Source of the DNA: Laetmonice hystrix | Lineage: Eukaryota | Assembly: GCA_965235115.1 (NCBI GenBank) | Contig: OZ249447.1 | Span: 8,122,001 to 8,186,000 of the forward strand | Direction: 5' to 3' | Length of the DNA: 64,000 nucleotides | Shown: one piece after another, positions 50,701-60,425 of the stretch | How the letters are laid out: the number at the start of each line of letters is the position of its first letter | How positions within the stretch are numbered: the first letter of the stretch is position 1 | Made by a program: the position numbers and the translations under genes | Notes under the pieces: model-generated | Told to the model about the DNA's origin: nothing | What the model saw: only the letters and a program-made list of their open reading frames with translations | Databases searched by the model: none

Positions 50701-53700
50701 CAACCATAGTCAAGGATGAGGAGAAAAGTAATGATGAAAGCATTGTGTCTACACCACTTTCTCCTCTACCATCAACTCCACATTCAGCCGGAGTCTTCCT
50801 ATCCGATAGTGAGGAGGATGCCACTGCTGCAGCAGAGCGCAGGCGGAAAATGGTTTGTATCCGATCTAAGGGCACATCATAATCAAAGCATGCCTGTCGG
50901 TGTAATGAAGCTGGGAAATGGAACTTTGGAAATAGATTCGAGAAACAATGAAATGAAAAGAAATTAGTCATCCAGAAAATCAATAAATATGTAAAAGGAA
51001 GGGAGATTATGTTTACTTAAGCCGGAGGTGAGGTGCAGTGCTGCCACCTGGGGATTGACAGTCGCACTGTTCCCAGGGAGTTCACATTCTCTGACACTAG
51101 GTGGCACCTGTTGCAAGGCACATTGGAACACGTTTATAAATGTGAAGTAAACTGAGATTTTCAACATTGGCTGCGCATAATCCCTAGCTGAAAGTTTATT
51201 AAATAGGTGGCTTTTATTAAAAATCTACTTAAGGAATCCAAAAAAGTATTACTGGATGAACATATGATATAAATACCAGCTTTGTCGGTCAGTGATGGTG
51301 ACTAAACTTTGTTACAGACACGAGAAGAGCGCAAGATGGAAGCCATAATGAAAGCTTTTGAGAAGTTAGAAAAGAGACAAGAACGAAGGAAAGAAGCACT
51401 TGCTCGGCTAGAGCATGCAAAAAAGACGGACAAACCTGAGAAAGAGGTCAAAGAGGAATCGCCAGAAGTCGGGGAGCAGCAGCAGGAGCAGCAGCATGTA
51501 TTAGTAACGGTAATGATTGCTTTACTAGTTTTTGATTATGTTGTTTGTTTTTGTACTAATTAAGTTCATCACGAACAGTTAATGGCGGTAGATGTATTAA
51601 AAATTAATTCCTCTTCCAAAATTAAATTTTCATGATGTTGGATTCTGTACTGAAAGATACTTTTAGCGGTCGCTAGGTGGCAGCAAAGTCTGCTTATGAT
51701 TATTTTGTGTACCGCCAGGTGGCGGGTCGGAGCTGTTACCCAGCCGTGGAAGCCTGATGGAGACGCAGGCCGTAAGATGTTCTGTTGTGATTAAACTGCT
51801 TTTCTTTTCTTATTTAGCCGGAGAAAACGGAGGAAATCAAGATGGAGCAGACTCCTTCCAAACCTGAACTGAAGCCCAAACCAAAAATGTATGTAAAAGG
51901 AGTGTCCATTTTAAGATTAGATTCCCCAGCATTCCTTGGTGTGACTTCCTACCTCAGTTGGACTGAACAGATTTTGTAAACTTTGACTTATTTCATTATT
52001 ATTTAATAAAATGTTATTTCATTGAAGCTATCAACATATTGATTCCTTGATTGTAGTTAGTATGAGGTATAATTGGAAGATCACTTAGTTTGGTATTATT
52101 GTAATTTTTGTAATTGCAGGAAAAAGAAAGGCAAGCAGTCGACACCAGCTAAAAGGTAAGGATTTCTAGACACTCTTTAAACCGTTAATTATTTGCTCCA
52201 GGGCCTGTTTTCTTTTGTTTACTTTTCCTCCATGAGCAAGGGTGAGCTGAGCAAGGGTGAGCATGAGCTCATGCTCACCGCTTTCATGTTTTTTGGGGGG
52301 TTTTGTGTTGATTGTTACATTGCCTCTCATGTGTCAGGGGTCCATGATAATGCCATGAGTGGCACCCACTTGGGATGTGAGGCAGAAGAAGGCATGGCAA
52401 GTGGTAGAAAGGCTCAGCTCAGACTGGGTTGGACCTGTGTCACTACCTTGCCACACCACATACAGCATGTTCGGTGTTTTGTGATGGTGTGACTGCTTTG
52501 CCTAGACCTCGCCTGCTCCTTGTGTGTTTTGCACCTGTTACCCGGTAATACCCTGTGTGTTTTGTATCTGTTACCCGGTAATACCCTGTGTGTGTTGTAC
52601 CTATTACCCGGTATTACCCTGTGTGTGTTGTACCTGTTACCCGGTAATACCCTGTGTGTTTTGTACCTGTTACCCGGTAATACCCTGTGTGTTTTGTACC
52701 TGTTACCCGGTAATACCCTGTGTGTTTTGTACCTGTTACCCGGTAATACCCTGTGTGTTTTGTACCTGTTACCCGGTAATACCCTGTATTTTTCTTTTGA
52801 AATGCACGGGCATCAGGGGTAACCCAATTACTTTGACAATGTCCCTAAAGAGAAAAGTTGTATAGTCCTCTACAGGAATCGAACCCAGGCCCTAAGATTA
52901 CTGCACCCATTGCCATAGCATAAGGTGTCGACATCCATGCCCACTAGGCCACCGCCACTCCCCTAAAAAAGGAGCTTTGGTGGTCGAGCAGGACAATGGA
53001 CCCTCCCCCCTCCACACATCTTTTTGAAATGAGACGGAATCCATATTTTCCTAGTTAGAGCTACACATGATTTCTACCGAACATTGACTGTTAAGGTAAT
53101 CCTGGCACTGGCGTAGACTGTATTTTTCTTTTGAAATGCACGGGCATCAGGGGTAACCCACTTACTTTGACAATGTCCCTAAAGAGAAAAGTTGTATAGT
53201 CCTCTACAGGAATCGAACCCAGGCCCTAAGATTACTGCACCCATTCGCATAGCATAAGGTGTCGACATCCATGCCCACTCGGCCACCGCCACTCCCCTAA
53301 AAAAGGAGCTTTGGTGGTCGAGCAGGACAATGGACCGTGTTTGTACCTGTTACCCAGTAATACGATGTGTTTTGTACCTGTTACCCGGTATTACCCTGTG
53401 TGTGTTGTACCTGTTACCCGGTAATACCCTGTGTGTTTGTACCTGTTACCCAGTAATACCCTAGTGGGTGTGTCAAGTTTACACAGTAGACACCCTGTGT
53501 CATCCTTTAATGTGTAAATAGGTTGTGGATAAACTTCATGTAATCATATATAAGCTCAGGCAACTACCAAGGGATGAAACTAATTGAAATGGGTAGTGGT
53601 GTATTTGTGAATGGGTAAACATAACGTATGGTACAACGGGAGGATTGGACAACTACATGGTCCCATCTCTGCGTGACAATATTGTCGGTCCTAGAATTCT

Positions 53701-54834
53701 TCCTGCTGCCCAGCTGAATCAAAACTCTACAGTCATACTTACAATTCAACAGAAATGGGACCGGTAATTGTCTGTAGAATATGTTCTATAGTTATAGTTT
53801 TACCTTTTGTTTATTGACCAGCTATACCTGTGGTGTATACTTGAGATGTTGAGATGAGTGTGTTTGTTTCACCAGTGTTGTTACTTGTAGACGGAGCCGG
53901 GTTAGCAGTAGTACGAGTGTCAGCAGCAGTATACCTGAGCCTACATCACCCGCAGAAGATTCCAATGGTAGTAATCTAACCACTCCGGTAACTCCAGCGG
54001 CCATGCCACCCTGTACACCGGACTCCGCAGCATCAACACCTGCCATTGCCAGTACCCCATCAACACCACTGACAGCACAACATGGCAAAGCCTTTCGTTT
54101 TCCCAAAACAAAAAAGGTATCTCAAATCATACATTTTCAAACAATTCCCGAAGAAAATGACATTTGGTTTTTCAGGCCTGTAAAAATCATGGAAAATAGT
54201 AAAATGAGGGAAAGTCATGGAATTTGATATTTCTCTTGAACCACATTTTCGTTTCTGGTATGCCTTAATTGTAAAGTTCCACGATGTACTAGGGGGCAAT
54301 TCTGGGATTTTAGTCTTTTTTGTTAATTTTATCTGGAATTGGTCATGAAATTTGAGTTTTGGTCTGGGAAAGTCAGGAAATTTCAGTATGGCCAGCCTGT
54401 GGGAACCCTGCAGATGACGCTTGAAGTGTTCAATTAATTTAAATATGCAGATTACAGGTAAAAGGCCAGTCAGGCTGAAATCCATATTCAGGTACACTAC
54501 CGGTATTAGAATTTACTTATAGTTTTTTTGGAATTGCGTATGAAATTTTTATTGATTTATTTCTTGTTTTCAGCACTTGATGAATGAGTGGCTTAGTGAA
54601 AAGGCAGATCTACAGAAACCTCTTACCATCAAGACAGAACCCTTGGAAGTTAACACAGCCACAGAAGGCATGTGTCCAGAACGAAGTGCTGACTTTATCA
54701 AATGTGTCCCAAGTCCACATTCCACATCACTGACCCACTTGCGAAGATCATCCTTTTCAAGCACACATCCCCCGAAGGCTTTCAGCTCACCGACCCCCAA
54801 TCAACTTGACTGTAACTTAGGCTCGGCCAAAAAG
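41688..54834 (+). CDS. KMT2E: KMT2E/MLL5-like PHD finger plus catalytically inactive-type SET protein (MLL5/SETD5/UpSET/Set3 family); 19 coding exons, 988 aa so far, 3' end not found in window
   Basis: All 19 exons are GT-AG bounded and phase-compatible with no internal stop. Hallmarks: N-terminal MNVILQIGV (cf. MSIVIPLGV), GLPYQ|[46 protein letters not shown]...[20 protein letters not shown]...[14 protein letters not shown], post-[16 protein letters not shown]|[16 protein letters not shown]|[10 protein letters not shown]. An intact PHD favours an MLL5/UpSET-type gene, probably the single pro-orthologue of KMT2E and SETD5. Confidence 0.95.
41950..42046 (+). CDS. KMT2E: KMT2E coding exon 2 ([32 protein letters not shown])
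   Basis: ttgcag acceptor, CAG|gtgaga donor; conserved GLPY motif. Confidence 0.9.
46689..46918 (+). CDS. KMT2E: KMT2E coding exon 3 ([10 protein letters not shown]... first half of the PHD finger)
   Basis: 230 nt; DHNYG and [10 protein letters not shown] motifs; donor AG|gtaagc. Confidence 0.96.
47057..47132 (+). repeat. 37-bp tandem duplication spanning a KMT2E 3' splice site
   Basis: TGTTAAT(A/G)TCATGAATTTTGTACAGTGTGTGGCAACA twice; one mismatch. Confidence 0.97.
47119..47261 (+). CDS. KMT2E: KMT2E coding exon 4 (second half of [30 protein letters not shown]...)
   Basis: Only the second of two duplicated acceptors (AG at 47117-47118) keeps the frame; donor A|gtgagt. Confidence 0.95.
47432..47646 (+). 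CDS. KMT2E: KMT2E coding exon 5 ([10 protein letters not shown] plus Lys-rich tract)
   Basis: tattttcag acceptor, AAG|gtaaag donor; SATE motif as in MLL5/SETD5. Confidence 0.9.
47836..48027 (+). CDS. KMT2E: KMT2E coding exon 6 (low-complexity linker)
   Basis: 192 nt, phase 0-0, open frame; ctcttacctgcag acceptor, AGA|gtatgt donor; poorly conserved sequence. Confidence 0.8.
48331..48636 (+). CDS. KMT2E: KMT2E coding exon 7 (KSP-repeat region, then [10 protein letters not shown])
   Basis: 306 nt, phase 0-0; YE-A-TNQYS motif matches the MLL5/SETD5 pre-SET segment. Confidence 0.92.
48820..48900 (+). CDS. KMT2E: KMT2E coding exon 8 ([27 protein letters not shown])
   Basis: 81 nt, phase 0-0; QL-RV motif precedes the SET domain. 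Confidence 0.88.
49056..49162 (+). CDS. KMT2E: KMT2E coding exon 9 (SET N-part, [14 protein letters not shown])
   Basis: tttacag acceptor, AG|gtacat donor. Confidence 0.95.
49358..49472 (+). CDS. KMT2E: KMT2E coding exon 10 (SET core, PFVLFY...[14 protein letters not shown])
   Basis: RRSC replaces the canonical NHSC, the MLL5/SETD5 signature. Confidence 0.96.
49624..49733 (+). CDS. KMT2E: KMT2E coding exon 11 (SET C-part, [12 protein letters not shown])
   Basis: cctttgcag acceptor, TG|gtaatg donor. Confidence 0.95.
49889..49972 (+). CDS. KMT2E: KMT2E coding exon 12 (post-[19 protein letters not shown])
   Basis: 84 nt, phase 2-2. Confidence 0.93.
50173..50410 (+). CDS. KMT2E: KMT2E coding exon 13 (basic and S/T/P-rich)
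   Basis: tctcttctccag acceptor, GAG|gtacga donor, phase 2-0. Confidence 0.85.
50658..50852 (+). CDS. KMT2E: KMT2E coding exon 14 (...[17 protein letters not shown])
   Basis: 195 nt; ends in RRRKM, directly before the conserved TREERKME. Confidence 0.88.
51318..51509 (+). CDS. KMT2E: KMT2E coding exon 15 ([28 protein letters not shown]...)
   Basis: Strongly conserved helix; exact donor uncertain (three in-frame GT at 51498, 51504, 51510). Confidence 0.92.
51818..51888 (+). CDS. KMT2E: KMT2E coding exon 16 ([23 protein letters not shown])
   Basis: Strong pyrimidine tract tttcttttcttatttag; AT|gtatgt donor; phase 0-2. Confidence 0.8.
52120..52155 (+). CDS. KMT2E: KMT2E coding exon 17, 36-nt mini-exon ([11 protein letters not shown])
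   Basis: taattgcag acceptor, AG|gtaagg donor; phase 2-2, so frame-neutral if skipped. Confidence 0.75.
52521..52787. repeat. 33-bp minisatellite, 8 copies (TGTGTGTTTTGTACCTGTTACCCGGTAATACCC), left arm
   Basis: Direct reading. Confidence 0.97.
52784..53002 (-). mobile_element. tRNA-derived SINE-like unit, copy 1
   Basis: Minus-strand A box TGGCCTAGTGG (52941-52951) and B box GGTTCGATTCC (52875-52885); no cloverleaf evident; A-rich end TCAAAAGAAAAATAC. Confidence 0.7.
53118..53336 (-). mobile_element. tRNA-derived SINE-like unit, copy 2
   Basis: 219-bp near-identical copy 334 bp downstream; A box TGGCCGAGTGG (53275-53285), B box 53209-53219. Confidence 0.7.
53335..53461. repeat. 33-bp minisatellite, right arm (about 4 more diverged copies)
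   Basis: Same unit resumes after the insertion. Confidence 0.93.
53891..54116 (+). CDS. KMT2E: KMT2E coding exon 18 (S/T/P-rich, ends FRFPKTKK)
   Basis: ttacttgtag acceptor, AAG|gtatct donor; conserved PKTKK. Confidence 0.9.
54574..54834 (+). CDS. KMT2E: KMT2E coding exon 19 ([10 protein letters not shown]...LGSAKK)
   Basis: ttcttgttttcag acceptor, AAG|gtatgt donor; HL-NEWLSEK conserved. Confidence 0.92.
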
Positions 54835-57800
54835 GTATGTCATCATTTATTGATTCTCCAGTTGTAAGAATGTTTGTTCCAGAAGCAGAAGGCATTATTG
54901 TTGTTAAGATCTCGGATGTAGGTTAAGCCATTCCGGGTAGTTCCAAATGGGCACTACTTCGTTTTCTCATTTTACAGACAACGCAGCTGGAATTCAAATG
55001 ATATGGTATTAATGTCCAAAAACTTTGTGGTAGGGGCCCAGGGTCCTAGACAATTGTAGCATTCAAGATGTACGTTGTCTGAGTTACACATTTTTAGAAT
55101 CAGCTGAAGAAACAGTGTCTTGTAATGTCGAATGGGAAAGGTAGAAATATGCCGACCACTCATAGTAGTAAAAGAGATTTGTAGATATTATGGATTTTCC
55201 TCAAAAGATGAGGAAACCCCCACTGGAGAAGTTAATATAATGGAGTAACCTAAGCTGAGGTAATCCAAAGGTTACTCAGGTAGAATGAAAGAGTTTGCCA
55301 TATCCTGTTAGCACGCTAGCAGTCTGTCAGTTCCACCCAGTCAGGGGTCCAGTGTACAGGCGTAAAGCCAGGGTAATGTAAATGAAAGCCCCTGTCATTG
55401 ACCTCTCTGAGGTCACGGCACTGAGTCAGCAATCCCAAGAACCTGGACGAGGAGCCTGGAAACAGCCTGAGAGCAGGAAACCTACAGCCAGGACCTGCTG
55501 GCCCTCCTTGTATGGATGGTGACTAGAGGGCTTGTTTGGAGGGAGGGGGTGCGGGTAGCCGGGGGAGTTTCTCCAGGAATTAACTCCTACATCCTTGTAT
55601 TAATCCCTGACTGATCAGATATTGGATATAATGATAGTGCCCACCAACTCGACAGCTCCAACCCCACCAGCTCTAACAACCTTGCTTCCATGTCATCAGC
55701 ATCGCTCTGCAGCTGACTAATAAACTTAGCACCTGGCCAGTTCTCAGAAACTGCCTATTGCAAGCTGACTCCACCAGACTGGCATGTGGTGGAGCAGGTA
55801 GCCTGCTGCCAGGGTCAAAGGTCAGAGGTCAGAAAGGCAGATCCAACATGAAGAGAGACGTAAGGGTTTGCTGTCATGCTCTTCATGTCTGTTACAGTTT
55901 GCCTCCTCACGCAGTGTCTCCACTAGATCAATGCCGGGAAATTTTAGCCCTGGCAGCAAACGACAGGGTTTAGGTGAGGTTCTGTCTCAAAGCAGGAAGC
56001 AGCTTACCCGGTTTCTGACCCAGTTCTTCAACATCACTGCCGCCAATCATATACATTTCACATACAGATGTCAGGCCTGAACAGGCTCGTGAAGACCGGG
56101 TATTATAACTCAACTACCACCCGCTGTCACTCAATTCACACTTAGAAAATTTGTTCTCCCTTTTAATTGGGAAAATAATATAGATTATCCCAAAGGTTAT
56201 TCAAAATTTTATTTGTTGCGACTGCAATCCCTTGACGCAGTTGATTTTTCACACAAGAATTGTGATTGAATTTGAAGGGAAGGAGACGTTTGTCTGGATG
56301 AGCCCATTTATTTTCATCCCCATCTTAAGAAGACAGAATCACTGAAAGTGAGCACTTTAATTCTGTGCTGGGATAACATGGCTGCCCAGCAGCAGTCCCA
56401 ACTCGATGTTATCTGGCTGTGCTACTCTGACTTCCTTTCACTACTCCCGGAACCAGGAAGAGTGGCTAGCTGTTACCTAAGGGCAGAAGTGTGTAGTGTA
56501 AATTGTGGGCTGGAGTAGAATAATAATAATTGTAACTCACGTGACGCTGCTGCACTCCCGGATGCTGTCAGAACGTGTTTTACTGCCACTTCAGGCAGGT
56601 GCTGCCACCTGGATTCTTTCATGTATTCATCAAGGACGGAACACCACTCAAACCTGGGATTTCACTTGACCACCAAGCAGGATGGTGGAAACTGTATTGA
56701 CAGTTATATATTGGGTAAAGTGTTACAAGAATTAAGGAAGAGCCAAGACGTCTGTCTCCTCAGTCCCAAACAGTGATTAAAACATAACTCTTCAAAGAAA
56801 TATATTACACAGCAGTCGGGAGTAAGTGAGTGAGAATATCTGAATGAAATGTATCTGAAGAGATTAACACAAACTTTGGGTGGTATTTAAACAGCACTGT
56901 TAGTAAGGGGAAATCAGTGATAGCCACAGGCAAGTGTTTCATTGCGAAGTATATGAGGATTTGGTTCCTATCATTGTTTGCATTATCTCCAGGATGTAGC
57001 CCCCCGGTTTTTTCTCGTCAGGGCCCCAAGTTGTACCTGTCGGTATGGTATGGAGGATTGGGCAAGTGAAGGGATGGATTGAGACTGTAATAGGAAGGGA
57101 CCACGGCAGATGTAGTGTGCCAGCAGTGGGTAGGGTAGAGACAAGGTAGAGATAGCCCGTCTACCTGTGTTGGGGGTCACTGGTAGCGGTGGCAGACAGG
57201 GATCGATGGCTTACCACAGCAGACATGACGCATCAGGACGATGTACGGGTGCAGCCAATGGCTGGTCAATAGATGCTGACAAAGCACGGCAGCTCACCCT
57301 AAGATCCTGTCACTGCTACGATTACACATAGAGCAGCGAGTGCTATAATCTGTCAAAAAGCCGCTACAGTTCCAACGTGTCTTTGTAATGCCGGTCTGGG
57401 GGGGCCAACTGGCAGAATACGGCCGCCCAAGCAGGATTCAAAATGATATATAGCGTAGAAGTAGATCAAAAGGATTTTGTTTGGTAACAGCAAGCGATGA
57501 TGAGCTACTAATTAGTAGATGTTGTGGCATATCCTGTCCTAGGTATGCGACTTGAGCATTGCCTGCAGGATAATTAAAGGGACTGGCCCTGATGCCCACC
57601 TTGCTGCATGGTGATCAGCTAGAGATCGATCATGGACTTGGCGAAAACCTTCCACATCCTTCTCTCGGCGCCCGTTTTCCGACTGGCACGTGCACTGACA
57701 TGATAACAAACATGTTTCAGAATATTGAGCCCTTGACAAAAGGCCCAGGGGGCACATCCAGAACATCAGGCAGGCTTCAGTGCATCATGCCCCCTAGCGA

Positions 57801-59311
57801 CCAGCTGGGGAACTAGTATCCTGGCAATTGTGGAAGTTCGATCTTTCCGTCAGGTACCTTGTACAGGAACCATATGTAGCATCCTCTTTCGAACAGGAAA
57901 TTCCCTTCTCTTTTTCAGAATTTTTTCTTTAAACTTCTTGTTTTTCTTCATCTGTCAATTGTGACTCTCAGGGTGGATTTTTTGAAGGAAGAAGAACGTT
58001 ACCCTGGAATTTGCAAAAAGACTTAAAGATAGGATGTTTGCAAAGTATTTGGTACATTTGGCAAACATTTAAATAAAGGTTCAAAGTTTAATAAGTAAAG
58101 TTGCTCCAAAGGATTGCAAACTGTCCTATTAGTGAAATTTGAGCCAAATTGGCTATATCCCGTTTTGTTGAGTTCTAATAATGAACAAACACACGATGAT
58201 ACGCCCCAATGACTTCCCGAAAGCATCTTGATTTAATGGCAGTAATTTAATAGAGCTTTCTTCAAAAGTTATTTTTAAAAAGAAGAATGAAATGGATTGG
58301 TTGGAGCAGCTGCGGTATGTATTAGGGGTGAATATTTGTTGTCGTCACCAGTTGGCTGGTCTGTGGTAGTTCCTTGGTTGCCATAGATTGTTGTATACAA
58401 GCTATGGCATCAACTGCACCCCCTGGTTCGTATAGAGGAGAGATATCGATGAGGATGGCATTAGACCGGGGGATGGGGAGGGTTACAAAAGGCGGCTGGC
58501 GGCGGTATTGAGCCAGTGGCTGGTTTAAGTGAGGCTGTTTGGTCACTGGGGAAGACCCTTGTGCCAGGTATTGTGACTACCTTATTGAGTACCTGTCTGT
58601 AACGGCCTAACAGGTATGTAATAGGTAGGCCGGCACAGGTAAAGTGAAGGGTGGGGGGGGGGGGGGTGTGCTACCAGACAGGTGACATAGCGTCAGTTAG
58701 CAGTGGTGGGGTGGGCCAGCCTTTGATGATGCCTGATGAGGTGTGTTAGCAGGCACACTGCGGCAGGGTACACAGCCAGGTCAGCCCAGGCCATGTACTG
58801 TCTAGACTAGTTTGCCATCAATATCCCACTTGGTGCACACCTCCTGGCTAGCGTTACACAACCAATACTCCAAACTTCCAATTCACCTACCTACAAATGT
58901 CTAGCAGATCTATTATTGATATGAAATGACTTTACCATTCATATCCCAGACTAGTCCAGACGAAATCTCGCGTACGGTATACCAGGATGGGTAGGCCCAG
59001 TCCGGAGCTCATCTGATTTAATCTACCACTACCTATGTACAATTGCGCAAAGCAAAATGAATTAAAATAAAGTTTATATCCAATGTTACGGCCTACGCAA
59101 AACTGTTAAATTCTTAACAGGCGTATAGCAATGACAACAAGTTGCCAATTATTTCTCTGTCGATTGCATGATGTTGAAGCCAAATATTAGGACTTACTGA
59201 TCCCTATTGTGTTTTACTGTGACGGTCCTATCAGAGACCTTTAGTTGTTAGGTTAGGACAACCCGTAAAATCCTACCAATCATGGGACAATTTCTAGTTC
59301 TTTCTCTGTTA

Positions 59312-59465
59312 AGCCAGGAATCCGTGTGTACGTCGTGTGGGCGTGATGCGTAGTGCGTAATGTGTATCCATTAAAATCAATAAAAACAAGTTTGAGTGAT
59401 TCCATGTGTGATTGTTTTCGTTGTGCACTACGCAATACGCACTACGGACACATGGATTCCTGGCT
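59312..59465. mobile_element. PIF/Harbinger-like MITE with TTA target-site duplication
   Basis: TIRs AGCCAGGAATCC(G/A)TGTGT..., about 45 bp imperfect; TTA at 59309-59311 and 59466-59468. Confidence 0.75.
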
Positions 59466-60425
59466 TTACCATTTGAGCAGTGTAGATTTTAAGAATGACT
59501 CCTGAACATTATTAAGGTGATAGATGTCTTTTAATGCGACTCATGAAGGAAAAACTTTCTTTAATACAAGCTAAGTGAAAACTTGAGTCAGATTTGCACA
59601 CGGGCTAAACAGGCGAACTGCGTTTCTTAAAATTAATACATTTACACAGGACTCAAAGTGAACGTGTACCCCGTAATTCACTGACCGATCATTTCAAGTC
59701 AACCATGACTATAGTAGTAATTGTACATCGTCATGTAAGCTCTTATTGCCGGGGAAGGGTGTAGGAAGTTATCCATATGTCAGTTCATCCCTCGTCCACA
59801 GGGGAACGGATGACTAGGACATCACAAATAAAATGTTCACATTCCACAGATGGTGCTCACTTGATTGAAAAATTGTAGGACAGATTGTAAGGAGTCTTGG
59901 GAAGGGCCAGAAAAATGCCATAGTTTGCCTTATATGGAAGTGTGTTGAAGGAGGGGTTTCTTGGAAATGCGTGTTAGACACTCATGTTGTCAGTACGATG
60001 CAATTTAAGTGATAGAATATGTTTTACAATTAGATTGAGGTATTGACACTGAAGATATTTTATCACCCGTAAAATTTCATTGCCTGAAGTGATTGTGTTT
60101 GAATTTTCACCTAACCTCTTCAGTATGATCTCGTTAATATTTGATGGTGTGTTCTGAACATGAAGCGTTTGGTACAGGTTATCCTGCTGACACAGGGACC
60201 CAGTCAGACTGAGTCAGGAAGATATCTCCAGACAAGGGTAGATCCCAGCAGAGCTCACACACAGTTCCACATGACAAACGTTAATTAGGCGAGGAGCCCT
60301 CGTCCTAAATGTTCAATTGACATAAGGCCTTGGTTTTTGTGACTCAGCCACTGTGTCATAAAGTGGTCGTGGGCCGTGCAATTAAAGGTGGCTCAGGCTG
60401 TGCTTTTGGTGGATTTGTAGTCCGG

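Noticed and set aside
51719-51771. 53-nt poison cassette exon (AG...GCC|GTAAGA with in-frame TGA)
   Set aside because: It would leave a 46-nt downstream intron, the acceptor is weak, and the GC-rich sequence is better explained by the CTCF-like motif.
52520-52865. [11 protein letters not shown] / [11 protein letters not shown] repeat peptides
   Set aside because: Translation of a 33-bp intronic minisatellite; no splice or homology support.
52860-52963. Bona fide tRNA gene
   Set aside because: A and B boxes are present, but I could not fold acceptor or anticodon stems; treated as a SINE head.
54111-54125. U12-type intron (GTATCT donor)
   Set aside because: Does not match GTATCCTT; all introns examined look U2-type.
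41688-54834. Calling the gene SETD5
   Set aside because: Vertebrate SETD5 has a degenerate PHD, while this PHD is complete and MLL5-like. Orthology to both paralogues is likely but needs a tree.
57187-57228. Candidate next KMT2E exon beginning RW
   Set aside because: No pyrimidine tract, continues RWQTGIDG rather than RWLxQA, and stops after 13 codons.
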